In this document: piece after piece, positions 15,492 to 27,742 of the stretch | Numbering within the stretch: the first letter of the stretch is position 1 | How the letters are laid out: each line of letters opens with the position of its first letter | Source: an uncultured Actinomycetota bacterium | Lineage (GTDB): Bacteria; Actinomycetota; Actinomycetes; CAVPEL01 | Direction of reading: 5' to 3' | DNA length: 64,000 nucleotides | NCBI GenBank assembly: GCA_963703505.1 | Contig: CAVPEL010000002.1 | Span: 32,207-96,206 of the forward strand | Position numbers and translations under genes: made by a program | Notes under the pieces: generated by a model | Databases searched by the model: none | Told to the model about the DNA's origin: nothing | What the model saw: the letters and a program-made list of their open reading frames with translations, nothing else

Positions 15492-15611
15492 GGCTGACTC
15501 GGCGCCTCGATCGCCGCTGGTCATCCACAGCCCGCAGGTCGGCCTGGGGGCAGTCCACAGGTCGCTTGCGCGTGGTTCGCCGGGCATCGTCAGCCTCCTA
15601 GCGTCGGCGAG

Positions 15612-16647
15612 GTGCCGCTTCCTGCCTTCCGTCGACCGCCCGAGGTTGCCGTTGCCACGGCGCGGCAGCGGCTCGGGCGGCTGGAGGCGCCGCGCTCGGC
15701 GGCCGCGACGTCAGGGTGGATGCCGTCGTCGCAGGTGGCGGCGGAGCCGGCGGGTTTCGTTCCGCAGCGAGGTGCGCTGAACGGCGGGCAGCCCGAGCTC
15801 GCCGGCTACGTGCCCGCGCGAATGCCAGATGAGGTGCACGCCGGCCATGGGTGGCGACCGCCCGCGAATGCCAGACGAGGTGCGCGCGGCCACCCCGCCA
15901 CACGCGGTCGCCCCACCACCTGCGGCCATGCCAGCTGACCCGGCGCGCCCGGCCATGCCGACTGAGGCGGCCGGGCTGGGCGCGCTGGTGCGGGCGGCCA
16001 TGGCCGACCGGCTGCCGCCCGCCCTGCGCGGGGGCCAGATGGCGCTGGGGCGACCGTCGGTGCTGGCGCTGGCCGCGGTGGCGCTGGTCGCCGTGGTGGC
16101 GGGTGCCTGGATCTTCCTGCAAGCCCGGCCGCGCGCCGTGGTCGCGCCGCCGGCCGTGACCAGTCCGACCTCGCAGGAGGACCTGGCCGGGGCCGCCGGC
16201 GGCCCTGACGCGAGCGGTCCGCTCGTGGTGGATGTCGCCGGCAAGGTCGTCCGGCCCGGGCTCGTCACCTTGGCGCCGGGCGCTCGGGTCGGCGATGCCA
16301 TCGCGGCAGCCGGAGGAGCGCTCGCGGGAACCGATCTCAGCCCGCTGAACCTGGCTCGGCGGTTGACCGACGGCGACCAGGTCCTGGTCGGGGTCGAGGT
16401 GCCGGCGGCCGCCGCGGGTGGCGCGAGCGGGGCAGGTGCCGGTGGTGCGTCGAGTGGGCCGTTGGATCTCAACGCGGCGACGATCGATCAGCTCCAGCAG
16501 CTGCCCGGGGTCGGTCCGGTGCTGGCGCAGCACATCCTCGACTTCCGCGTCGAGCACGGCCGGTTCACCGCCGTCACCGAGCTGCGTGAGGTGACCGGGA
16601 TCGGCGAGAGCAAGTACGCCGCAATCAAAGCCAAGGTGCGGGTGTGA
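15612..16647 (+). CDS. comEA: Competence DNA receptor ComEA (SLBB plus HhH; frameshift in N-terminal linker)
   Basis: TM helix, VDVAGKVVRPG, LNLARRLTDGDQV, LDLNAAT, LPGVGP, VTGIG. Confidence 0.9.
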
Positions 16648-19265
16648 CGCAGCCGGCTGAGCCGGCTCACGAGCGCCCGGACCTTCGGCTGTTGCTGCCC
16701 GCTGCGGGCGCCTGGTTCGGCGCCGCCGTCGCGCTGGGCCTGTCGGTGGCGGTGGCCGGTGCAGTCGCGGGGGTTCTTGCTGCCCTTGGGGCCGGTTGCC
16801 TGCTCGTCCGCAGTCGGGGCACCCAGCACGGGCTGTGGGTGGTGGCCGGCGTCGCGCTGTGTGCCGCGGGTGCCATCGCAGCCACCACGCTGCGGGTCGC
16901 GGCGGTCGGTGAGGGTCCGCTGCCGGTGCTGGCGCGCGACCACGCGGCGGCCGTCCTTCAGGTGGTGGTCACGGCCGACCCGAAGACGGTGCCGGCATCG
17001 GGCCCGGGGCATCGCGACGACCTCGTCATCGTCACCGCTCGGGCGGAGGTCGTCGAGGCCCGGGGGGAGCGGGTGCGGGTCCGGGCGCCCGTGGTCCTGC
17101 TCGCCACGAGCGCCGGTTGGGCGGAGCTGCTGCCGAGCCAGCGGGTGCGGGTGGAAGGCCGGCTGACGCCGCCTCGGCCCGGCGACCTGGTGGCGGCCAC
17201 GGTGGCCGTCCGCGGGCCGCCGAGCGACGTCTCGCGCCCCAGCCTGCTCCAACGGACGGCCGGCCGCCTCCGGGAGGGGCTCAGGCGCGCGGCCGACCCG
17301 TTGCCGAGAGCGGAGCGGGGGCTGCTGCCCGGCCTGGTCGAAGGGGACACCTCGCGGCTGGAGCCCGCGCTCTACGACGACTTCCGGACGACCGGGCTCA
17401 CCCACGTGACGGCCGTCTCCGGTTCGAACGTGGCGATCGTCCTGGGCGCCGTCTTGCTGGTGGCGCGCTGGCTGCGCTGCGGCCGGCTGCTGCAGGGCGC
17501 AGCCGGGGTCGCGGGCGTGATCGGCTTCGTCGTGCTCGCTCGCCCGGACCCCAGCGTGCTCCGGGCGGCCTTCATGGGGTTGCTCACCGTGGCCGCCCTG
17601 GTGTCCGGGCGACGACGCAGCACCCTGCCGGCCCTGTGCGCCGCAGTGCTCGCCCTGGTCTACATCGACCCGACGTTGGCCCGCTCGGTCGGCTTCACGC
17701 TGTCGGTGCTCGCGACCGGCGGACTGGTGGTGCTGGCGCCCATCTGGGGTGAGCGGCTCGCCCGCTGGCTGCCCCGATGGCTGGCGGAGGCGGTGGCGAT
17801 CCCGGCCGCGGCGGGGATCGCCACCGCGCCGGTGATCGTGGCGATCTCCGGGCGGGTGAGCCTCGTCTCCGTCCCGGCGAACTTGCTGGCCGGTTTCGCA
17901 GTAGCCCCGGCGACGATCCTCGGGCTGCTCGCCGCCCTCACCGCGCCGTGGTGCCTGCCGCTTGCGCAGATCTTCGCGGCGGTCGGCGGCCTGGCCTGCG
18001 CCTGGATCATCCAGGTCGCGCACGTTGGCGCACGGGTGCCCGGCGGCACCTTCGGCTGGTCCGCGGGTGCTTGGGGTGCGGCCACGCTGACCGTGGTCAC
18101 CGCTGTCGTGCTGCTCGTGGCGCCGTACCGCGCGGCACGCCGAGGCCTTGCCGCCGGGCTGGTCGGGGTGCTCGTCGCCTTCGTCGGCGTGCACCGGGTC
18201 GCGCCTGGCTGGCCGCCGCCGGGCTGGGTGCTGGTCGCCTGCGACGTGGGGCAGGGCGACGCGCTGGTGCTGGACGCGGGCGCGGGCACCGCGGTCGTCG
18301 TCGACGCGGGACCGGATCCCGCCAGCGTGGATCGTTGCCTCACCGACCTCGGTATCCGGCGCGTCGCCCTGGTGCTGCTGAGCCACTTGCACGCTGACCA
18401 CGTCGAAGGGCTGCCGGGCGTGCTGCGCGGACGGCAGGTCGCCCAGCTCGAGGTGGGCCCGTTGGACGAGCCGCCGGAGGAGTGGGTCAAGGTACGCGGC
18501 TGGGCCAATGCTGCCGGGGTGCCGACGGTACGCGCGGCAGCCGGGGAGTCACGTTCGGCCGGTGACCTGCGCTGGCGGGTGCTGGCACCGCAGCGGGCGT
18601 TCCACGGCACGGCCTCGGACCCCAACAACTCGAGCATCGTGCTGCGCGTCGAGGTGCGGGGGGTGACCGTGCTGCTCACCGGAGACGTCGAGCCGCCGGC
18701 CCAGGAGACGCTGTTGGAGAGCGGGCAGGCCCTGCGGGCAGACGTGCTGAAGGTCCCGCACCACGGCAGCGCGCACCAGGACGACGCGTTCCTGGCCGCC
18801 GTCGGCGCCCGGGTCGCGCTGGTCTCGGTCGGCGCCGGCAACGACTACGGCCACCCGTCGGCCCGCACGCTGTCGACGCTCGCCCGCGCCGGCGCTCACA
18901 GCTTTCGAACCGACCTGGACGGCGACATCGCGGTGCTCGGCCGCCGCGCCGCCGGGGGCGAGTTGAAGGTGGTGGGCAGGCACGGCGCGGGGACCGTGCC
19001 CGCCAGCCAGGGCACGGGCGCGGTCAGCCCAGGAGCGGGTGCGGCACCGGCCAGCCACGACCCGATCCTCACCAGCACCCCGTGGGATGCTGGGGCCCAT
19101 GGGAGCGTCAGGGCAGTTCGAACCGTCGGGCGACCACGGGCGGGTCGCCGTCGTCGTGCGGCCCCGGACCCTGGTGGTCGGCGACGAGCAGCTGCTCGTC
19201 GACCGGGCCGTGGCGCGAGCCGTCGCCGCCGTTCGCGCGGCCGACGCCGAGGCCGAAGTCCGTGA
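16644..19265 (+). CDS. comEC: ComEC/Rec2 competence protein with MBL domain
   Basis: GLTHVTAVSGSN, PSVLRA, DVGQGD, SHLHADH, KVPHHGS, NDYGHP; the 3' overlap with holA is probably an indel artefact. Confidence 0.92.
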   Translation: MTQPAEPAHERPDLRLLLPAAGAWFGAAVALGLSVAVAGAVAGVLAALGAGCLLVRSRGTQHGLWVVAGVALCAAGAIAATTLRVAAVGEGPLPVLARDHAAAVLQVVVTADPKTVPASGPGHRDDLVIVTARAEVVEARGERVRVRAPVVLLATSAGWAELLPSQRVRVEGRLTPPRPGDLVAATVAVRGPPSDVSRPSLLQRTAGRLREGLRRAADPLPRAERGLLPGLVEGDTSRLEPALYDDFRTTGLTHVTAVSGSNVAIVLGAVLLVARWLRCGRLLQGAAGVAGVIGFVVLARPDPSVLRAAFMGLLTVAALVSGRRRSTLPALCAAVLALVYIDPTLARSVGFTLSVLATGGLVVLAPIWGERLARWLPRWLAEAVAIPAAAGIATAPVIVAISGRVSLVSVPANLLAGFAVAPATILGLLAALTAPWCLPLAQIFAAVGGLACAWIIQVAHVGARVPGGTFGWSAGAWGAATLTVVTAVVLLVAPYRAARRGLAAGLVGVLVAFVGVHRVAPGWPPPGWVLVACDVGQGDALVLDAGAGTAVVVDAGPDPASVDRCLTDLGIRRVALVLLSHLHADHVEGLPGVLRGRQVAQLEVGPLDEPPEEWVKVRGWANAAGVPTVRAAAGESRSAGDLRWRVLAPQRAFHGTASDPNNSSIVLRVEVRGVTVLLTGDVEPPAQETLLESGQALRADVLKVPHHGSAHQDDAFLAAVGARVALVSVGAGNDYGHPSARTLSTLARAGAHSFRTDLDGDIAVLGRRAAGGELKVVGRHGAGTVPASQGTGAVSPGAGAAPASHDPILTSTPWDAGAHGSVRAVRTVGRPRAGRRRRAAPDPGGRRRAAARRPGRGASRRRRSRGRRRGRSP

Positions 19266-20109
19266 GCTGTGGCCGTCGACCCTTGAGGCGGCGGTGCTCA
19301 TCGAGGCGGCAAGCCCCTCCCTGTTCGGTGGTCGTCGGCTCATCGTGCTGCGCGACACCCAGGAGCTGGACAAGGAGCTGGCGACCGACGTGGCTCGGTT
19401 GCTCACTTCGGACGACGACGAGCTGGCCGTGGTCCTCGTTCACTCCGGCGCCGCCAAGAACAAGGCGTTGATCGAGGCGGCGACCCAGGCCGGCGCATTC
19501 CGGGTCGACTGCGCCAAGCCCACCAAGTACGCCGAGCGGATGACCTTCGTCCGGGGCGAGATGAGCGAGGCCGGGCGGCGCCTCACAGAGGACGGGGCCC
19601 GCGCGCTGCTGGACGCGGTCGGCAACGACCTGCGGGAGCTCGCGAGCGCGTGCGCCCAGCTGGTCGCGGACACCACCGATGTGATCGACGAAGGAGTCGT
19701 GGCCCGCTACCACCGGGGCCGGGCCGAGGCCAACGGCTTCGCCGTGGCCGACCACGCGATGGAGGGCCGCCTCGCCGAGGCGCTGGAGCAGCTCCGCTGG
19801 GCGCTGGCGGTCGGCGTCGAGCCGGTGCTGGTGAACAGCGCGCTGGCTCAGGGGGTGCGCTCCATCGCCCTGGTGGCGAGTGCGCCGCGGGGGCTGCGCG
19901 GGGTGGAGCTCGCCCGTGAGCTGCGGATGCCCGGGTGGAAGGTGGACCGGGTGCGTCAGCAGATCCGGGGCTGGACGCCCGACGGCATCGCGGCCGCGCT
20001 ACGGGCCGTGGCCGAGGCCGACGCGGACATCAAGGGCCGGGGGGCCGACCCGGCGTATGCGTTGGAGCGGACGTTGATCGCGATCGTGGCCGCGCGCGGC
20101 GCGGCCTGA
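19099..20109 (+). CDS. holA: DNA polymerase III delta subunit
   Basis: SPSLFG, VGNDLRELA, PGWKVD, ADADIKG..YALE; comEC-holA-rpsT synteny; start uncertain. Confidence 0.9.
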   Translation: MGASGQFEPSGDHGRVAVVVRPRTLVVGDEQLLVDRAVARAVAAVRAADAEAEVRELWPSTLEAAVLIEAASPSLFGGRRLIVLRDTQELDKELATDVARLLTSDDDELAVVLVHSGAAKNKALIEAATQAGAFRVDCAKPTKYAERMTFVRGEMSEAGRRLTEDGARALLDAVGNDLRELASACAQLVADTTDVIDEGVVARYHRGRAEANGFAVADHAMEGRLAEALEQLRWALAVGVEPVLVNSALAQGVRSIALVASAPRGLRGVELARELRMPGWKVDRVRQQIRGWTPDGIAAALRAVAEADADIKGRGADPAYALERTLIAIVAARGAA

Positions 20110-20124
20110 GGCCGCCTCAGACCT

Positions 20125-20176
20125 GTGATCACGAAAGATCGCCCGTGCCAGGACCCGGGCGATCTTTCGTGATCAC
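20125..20176. repeat. Perfect 21-bp inverted repeat
   Basis: GTGATCACGAAAGATCGCCCG-N10-CGGGCGATCTTTCGTGATCAC between convergent holA and rpsT. Confidence 0.9.
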
Positions 20177-20197
20177 GTAGTCAACGGGGCCAGAAAT

Positions 20198-20237
20198 GAC
20201 GACGGCGCCGCGCCCGATGGGCACGACGCCGTCGTCG
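20198..20237 (-). terminator. Hairpin terminator after rpsT
   Basis: Minus strand GACGACGGCGTCGTGCCC-atc-GGGCGCGGCGCCGTCGTC followed by ATTTCT; G-U pairs form on this strand. Confidence 0.65.
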
Positions 20238-20249
20238 ACAGCTGGGGTA

Positions 20250-20510
20250 CTACTGTGCGGCAACCCGCTTCGCCATGGCCGACTTCTTGTTGGCGGCCTG
20301 GTTCGCGTGGATGACGCCCTTGCTCACAGCCTTGTCGAGCTGGCGTGACGCCGCACGCAGGAGCTCTTCGGCCTGCGCGGCGTCACCGGACTCGGCGGCC
20401 GTGCGGAACCGGCGGATCGACGTCTTCAGCGAGGACTTCACGGCCTTGTTGCGCAGCCGTGCCTTCTCGTTGGTGCCGATGCGCTTGATCTGGGACTTGA
20501 TGTTCGCCAC
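20250..20510 (-). CDS. rpsT: 30S ribosomal protein S20
   Basis: [35 protein letters not shown]. Confidence 0.98.
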   Translation of the reverse strand: MANIKSQIKRIGTNEKARLRNKAVKSSLKTSIRRFRTAAESGDAAQAEELLRAASRQLDKAVSKGVIHANQAANKKSAMAKRVAAQ

Positions 20511-20649
20511 GCGAATGCCTCATGTGTCGTCGGAGTTACACGATGTCAGGGCGCGCAGCGCCAACACGCACCGTACGCAAGGGGCAAGGTTACCGGACCG
20601 GCTCGGTGGGCGTCCAACTGGGTTGGACGGGCGCCGCGCGCACCCGACC

Positions 20650-20964
20650 TCAGGGGATGCTGACGAACGGGGTGTAGTGCTCGACCAGCGGACGCGGCTC
20701 GTAGAAGTGGTGCAGCAGCTCACGCCAGCGCTCGAAGGCCGGTGAGCCGCGGAAACCCTCGGTGTGGGCCTGCAGGCTCGCCCACTGCACGAGCAGCAGG
20801 TAGCGGCTGTCGGTCTCCACACATCGCTCCAGCCGGAGCGAGACGAACCCGGGGGAGCCGGCGATCAGCGACTTCGCCTCGGCGAACGCCGCCTCGAAGT
20901 CGGCGGCCTCGCCCGCCCGGACGTCCAGGACCGCGCACTCCAGCACGCCTTCGTCGTCGTTCAT
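20650..20964 (-). CDS. Antibiotic biosynthesis monooxygenase (ABM) domain protein
   Basis: [34 protein letters not shown]. Confidence 0.85.
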   Translation of the reverse strand: MNDDEGVLECAVLDVRAGEAADFEAAFAEAKSLIAGSPGFVSLRLERCVETDSRYLLLVQWASLQAHTEGFRGSPAFERWRELLHHFYEPRPLVEHYTPFVSIP

Positions 20965-21060
20965 GAGCGCTATCCTGCCAGCCGCACGTTCCCGGCCGCC
21001 GCTCGTGGGACCATAAGGACGTCTCCCGAGCATGTCCATCGACGACCGAAGAGAACCCGC

Positions 21061-22885
<1,825 letters not shown>

Positions 22886-22889
<4 letters not shown>

Positions 22890-23540
22890 ACGCGCCCGCG
22901 CCGCGTGCGCTCGTCCTCGCGGTCAACGTCGTGCACGAGGTGCTGCCGGACGTCGGCGGCCAGGTGGGGGTCACCGCCATCGACAAGCGGCCGCGTGACG
23001 GCCAGGTCCAGGTCGAGGCGTTGGGCCTGGTGGGCGACCAGATCATGGACACCAAGAACCATGGCGGCGTGGACAAGGCCGTCTACGTCTTCGCTCGCGA
23101 GGACGCCCAGCTCTGGGAAGACGAGCTGGGCCGTGAGGTCACACCGGGGTTGTTCGGGGAGAACGTCACCACCGCTCGGCCTCGACGTCACGGGGGCGCT
23201 GATCGGCGAACGGTGGCGGCTCGGCGACGAGGTCGTCCTGGAGGCGGCGATGCCGCGGATCCCGTGCGCGACGTTCGCCCGGCGGCTCGGCGAGACCCAG
23301 TGGGTCAAGCGGTTCACCGAGCGGGGTGCCCCCGGCGCGTACTGCCGGGTGGTCACCGACGGGGCGATCAGCGCGGGGGACACCGTCGAGGTCATCCACC
23401 GCCCTGCCCACGACGTGACGGTCGGCGAGCTCTTGCTGCCCAGGCGTATCGAACTCCGGCGACTCCGGGCGCTGCTGGCCGAACCGGACCTGGCTCCTGA
23501 TCTGGTGGCAGCCCTGCGGAAGGTCCCGGGCGTCGGCTGA
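22886..23540 (+). CDS. MOSC domain protein, YiiM-like (frameshifted)
   Basis: [40 protein letters not shown]. Confidence 0.88.
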
Positions 23541-23558
23541 CGCCAGGAGCCCCCCACC

Positions 23559-24778
23559 ATGCCTTCTGTCCAGCTCGACGGCGAGCCCGCTCCGCGCGAC
23601 GGGCGTCTGCCCGCTTCGGCGACCGCCGGGCTGGGTAGCCGCGGCTTCTCGGTCTACATCCATGTGCCCTACTGCTCGAGCAGGTGCGGCTACTGCGACT
23701 TCAACACCTACACCGCCACCGAGCTCGGCGGTGGCGCGAGCCAGGCCTCCTACGCCGACAGTGCCATCGCCGAGATCCGGATGATCCGCCGCGTGCTCGG
23801 CGAGGTCGACCTGCCGGTCGAGACGGTGTTCTTCGGCGGCGGCACGCCGACCTTGCTGCCCGCCGCCGACCTGGGCCGGATGCTGGCCGCCGTGACCGAC
23901 GAGCTCGACCCTGGCGCCGGGCGCTGAGGTGGGCACCGAGGCCAACCCCGAGTCGGTGGACGCCCGCTACCTCGCCGAGCTGCGCGGCGGCGGGGTTCAC
24001 CCGGATGAGCTTCGGCATGCAGAGCGCCCGCGAGCACGTGCTGGCGGTCCTCGACCGTCGGCACACGCCGGGCCGTGCCACCGAGTGCGTGGCCGAGGCC
24101 CGCGCCGCCGGCTTCGAGCACGTCAATCTCGACCTCATCTACGGCACCCCGGGGGAGTCCGACGCCGACTGGCAGGCGTCCCTGGACGCGGTCGTGGCGG
24201 CCGGCCCCGACCATGTCAGCGCCTACTCGCTCATCGTCGAACCGGGCACCCGGCTCGCGCGGCGCATCAGCCGCGGTGAGCTGCCGATGCCCGACGACGA
24301 CGTACACGCCGACCGTTACCTCATGGCCGACGAGGCGCTGAGCGCCGCCGGACTCGGCTGGTATGAGGTGTCGAACTGGTCGACGCCGACCGGTCAGTGC
24401 CGGCACAACCTTGCCTACTGGCGCGGCCATGACTGGTGGGGGGTCGGGCCGGGCGCGCACAGCCACATCGGGGGCGTGCGCTGGTGGAATGTCAAGCATC
24501 CGGCTGCCTACGCCGCGCGGCTCGCCGAGGGTGCCAGCCCCGCGCACGCGCGCGAACATCTCGATGTCGAGGCACAACGCTGGGAGCGGATCATGCTGGG
24601 GGTGCGCCTCGCCAGCGGGCACGACCTGGATGACCTGACGCCGAGCGGGCGCACTGCGGCCGAGGTGGCGAGCGCGGATGGCCTGCTCGAGCCGGCCGCG
24701 CTCGCTGAGGGGCGAATAGTCCTCACCGTGCGGGGGCGGCTGCTGGCGGACGCGGTGATTCGGAATCTCATCGACTGA
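23559..24778 (+). CDS. hemW: Radical SAM heme chaperone HemW (frameshifted)
   Basis: YIHVPYCSSRCGYCDFN, FGGGTPT, EANP, YEVSNW, HNLAYW; lepA-hemW-hrcA synteny. Confidence 0.9.
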
Positions 24779-24925
24779 CAGCACCCGATGTACAAGCGTT
24801 GCAGCGCACTGGGCGTTATCGTGCGAGTCGCAGCGAGGGGAAGGATCCGGTGTGAACGTGTCGGCTCACTCTGCCGTCATGGCTGCGCCGGCCGCCGGAG
24901 CCCGTGGTCCCAGGGGGCACCAGAG

Positions 24926-26689
24926 GTGACCATTGACCGTGACTCCACTGCCGACGTGATGCCGGGAGCGGAGTCGCCGTACCGCGACGCCCCGCCCGAG
25001 CCGGCCACCGGTGAGGCATCGCTGGGGAGCGCGGCGATGTGGCGGATGGCCGTGGACCACGCACCGATCGGCATTGCGCTGGTCAGCCTCGATGGTCGGA
25101 TGACCTCGGCCAATCCAGCGTGGTGCGCGGTTCTCGGCTATCCCGAGCACGTGCTGCTCGGGATGTCGTTCGAGGAGATCACGCACCCCGAGGACCTGGA
25201 ACAAGACAGGGAATTGTTCCGCCGGTGCCAAAGGGGTGAGATCGACCGGTACGACGTCGAGAAGCGGTACGTCACGGCGGCGGGTTCCATCGTCTGGGCG
25301 CACCTGAGCGCGAACCTGGCACGGTCCGCCTCCGGCGAGCCGATGCACTTCGTCTCGCTCATCCATGACATCACCCACGCCAAGGAGTCGCAGGAGAAGC
25401 TCGCTCACCAGGCCCTGCACGACACCCTGACCGGCCTGCCCAATCGCGCGCTGCTGATGGATCGGCTCGAGCAGGCGCTGGCCCGCGCGCGCCGGCGTCG
25501 CGCCGTCGCGGTGCTCTACTGCGACATCGACCGGTTCAAGTCGGTCAACGAGATCCTGGGCCACGCGGCGGGGGACGCGATGCTGATGGAGGTCGCGCAG
25601 CGGCTCCGGTCGACGATCAGATCCACCGACACGGTGGCTCGGCTGGCTGGCGACGAGTTCGCGGTGGTCTGCGACGACGTGTCGTCCTCGTTGGAGGCGA
25701 CGAGGATCGCGCAGGCCCTCATCGACGCGTTGGCGGAACCGTTCGTCATCGACGGCCGGGAGGCGACCGTGTCGATGAGCCTCGGCGTCACGGTCGTACC
25801 CGGGGGCATGGCCGCGGAAGACGCGCTGCGCGAAGCGGATGCCGCGAAGTCCCTCGCCAAGGAGCGCGGTCGGTCCCGTTGGGAGCTCTTCGATCCCGAC
25901 CTGCGAGGGCAGTCCGCGGTCGATCGCATCGCCGTCGAAACCGAACTGAGGGTGGCCCTGGTCGAGGATCAGCTGGTCGTGCACTACCAGCCGATCGTCG
26001 CTCTGGCGACCAGCACGGTGGTCGGCTACGAAGCGCTGGTCCGCTGGATGCACCCCACCCGCGGGCTGCTGGCCCCGGCCGACTTCTTGCCCGTCGCGGA
26101 AGAGAGCGCACTCATCAACGCGTTGGGCACGGTGGTGCTCGACCGGGCCGCCTCCGACGTGGCCACCTGGGACCTGGTGGACGGCGCGCCGCTGTGGGTC
26201 GCGGTCAACGTGTCAGGTCAGCAGCTCGGCCGGGGTGAGCTCATCCCGGCCGTCGAGCGTGCGCTGGCCACCAGCGGCCTCTGCGCGGAACGGTTGCACC
26301 TGGAGGTGACCGAGACGGCGCTGTTCTCGGGTGCGGAGGCGGCCTTCGATGACCTGCGCCGCCTTCAGGACCTTGGGACAGGACTGTCCCTCGATGATTT
26401 CGGCACCGGGTATTCCTCGCTCACCATGCTGCGCGACGCGCCAGTGTCCACGCTCAAGCTGGACCGCAGCTTCGTGGCGCGGCTCGGGCAGGACGCGGGC
26501 AGCACCGCGATCGTCGAGGCGGTCATCGCCCTGGGGCGCGTCCTCGAGCTGGACGTCGTCGCGGAGGGGATCGAGACCGCGGCTCAGGCCGAGCTGCTGC
26601 GCTCGTTCGGCTGCCCGTTGGGCCAGGGCTACTACTTCGGTCGCCCAGCACCGCGGCCGGCACCGTACACTGGCACTCCAGTAGCCTGA
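24926..26689 (+). CDS. PAS-GGDEF-EAL c-di-GMP signalling protein
   Basis: PAS/PAC (APIGIA..ITHPED), HDTLTGLPNR, RLAGDEF, YEALVRW, DDFGTGYSS, AEGIE. Confidence 0.93.
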   Translation: MTIDRDSTADVMPGAESPYRDAPPEPATGEASLGSAAMWRMAVDHAPIGIALVSLDGRMTSANPAWCAVLGYPEHVLLGMSFEEITHPEDLEQDRELFRRCQRGEIDRYDVEKRYVTAAGSIVWAHLSANLARSASGEPMHFVSLIHDITHAKESQEKLAHQALHDTLTGLPNRALLMDRLEQALARARRRRAVAVLYCDIDRFKSVNEILGHAAGDAMLMEVAQRLRSTIRSTDTVARLAGDEFAVVCDDVSSSLEATRIAQALIDALAEPFVIDGREATVSMSLGVTVVPGGMAAEDALREADAAKSLAKERGRSRWELFDPDLRGQSAVDRIAVETELRVALVEDQLVVHYQPIVALATSTVVGYEALVRWMHPTRGLLAPADFLPVAEESALINALGTVVLDRAASDVATWDLVDGAPLWVAVNVSGQQLGRGELIPAVERALATSGLCAERLHLEVTETALFSGAEAAFDDLRRLQDLGTGLSLDDFGTGYSSLTMLRDAPVSTLKLDRSFVARLGQDAGSTAIVEAVIALGRVLELDVVAEGIETAAQAELLRSFGCPLGQGYYFGRPAPRPAPYTGTPVA

Positions 26690-26696
26690 GTGCCAG
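26670..26696. promoter_or_regulatory. CIRCE operator (HrcA site)
   Basis: CTGGCACTC-N9-GAGTGCCAG upstream of hrcA, overlapping a TACACT -10 box at 26666. Confidence 0.92.
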
Positions 26697-26722
26697 TCTG
26701 CTCTCGGGCAGGAGGTGAGAAC

Positions 26723-27742
26723 GTGCTCGACGAACGCAAGCTCGACGTTCTGCGTGCCATCGTCGAGGACTTCGTGTCGACCAACGAGCCGGTCGGCTCC
26801 AAGGCGCTGGTCGAACGGCGTGGGCTCGCCGTCTCCCCGGCCACCATCCGCAACGACATGGCAGTGCTCGAGGACGAGGGATACATCGCCCAGCCCCACA
26901 CCAGCGCGGGTCGGGTGCCGACCGACAAGGGCTACCGGCTCTTCGTCGATCGGCTGTCCGGGGTCAAGCCGTTGTCCGGCGCCGAGCGCCGCGCCATCGA
27001 GTCGTTCCTGGGCGGCGCGGTCGACCTCGACGACGTCGTGCTTCGCACCGTCCGGCTGCTCGCCCAGCTGACCGGGCAGGTTGCCGTCGTGCAGTACCCG
27101 AGCCTCGCCTCGTCCTCGGTGCGGCACGTGGAGCTGGTGCCGCTGGGACCCGCCCGGCTGATGCTCGTGCTCATCACCGACACCGGCCGCGTCGAGCAAC
27201 GGATCATCGACCTGCCGGCCGACGTGTCGGAGGAGGCCGTCGCCGACCTTCGCGCTCTGCTCAATGCCCGCCTGGACGGTCGGGAGGTCGGTGCGGCCGC
27301 GGCGGAGATCGTGGACCTGCCCGCGGTAGTGCCGCCGGACCTGTCGGCCACCACCGCGGTCGTCGTCGCGACAGTCCTGGAGACGTTGGTCGAGCGGCAC
27401 CAGGACCGCATCGTGCTGGCCGGAACGGCCAACCTGACGCGATCGACCCTGGACTTCCCGCAGACCATCCGACCGGTGCTCGAGGCGCTGGAGGAGCAGG
27501 TCGTGCTGCTTCGACTCGTCGAAGAGGTGCTCGACCCGACGACTGTCACGGTGCGGATCGGCGACGAGAACCATCACGAGGGTCTGCGGACGACGTCGGT
27601 GGTGACGGCGGCCTACGGTTCGGGGGACCGTACGCTTGCCGGGCTCGGGGTTCTCGGCCCGATGCGGATGGACTACCCGGGCACGATGGGAGCGGTGAGC
27701 GCAGTGGCGAGGTACGTCGGCCGAATCTTGGCGGAACGCTAG
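26723..27742 (+). CDS. hrcA: Heat-inducible transcription repressor
   Basis: [32 protein letters not shown]. Confidence 0.96.
   Translation: MLDERKLDVLRAIVEDFVSTNEPVGSKALVERRGLAVSPATIRNDMAVLEDEGYIAQPHTSAGRVPTDKGYRLFVDRLSGVKPLSGAERRAIESFLGGAVDLDDVVLRTVRLLAQLTGQVAVVQYPSLASSSVRHVELVPLGPARLMLVLITDTGRVEQRIIDLPADVSEEAVADLRALLNARLDGREVGAAAAEIVDLPAVVPPDLSATTAVVVATVLETLVERHQDRIVLAGTANLTRSTLDFPQTIRPVLEALEEQVVLLRLVEEVLDPTTVTVRIGDENHHEGLRTTSVVTAAYGSGDRTLAGLGVLGPMRMDYPGTMGAVSAVARYVGRILAER

Noticed and set aside
19099-19265. Genuine long comEC/holA overlap
   Set aside because: The ComEC tail is low-complexity and probably extended by an indel
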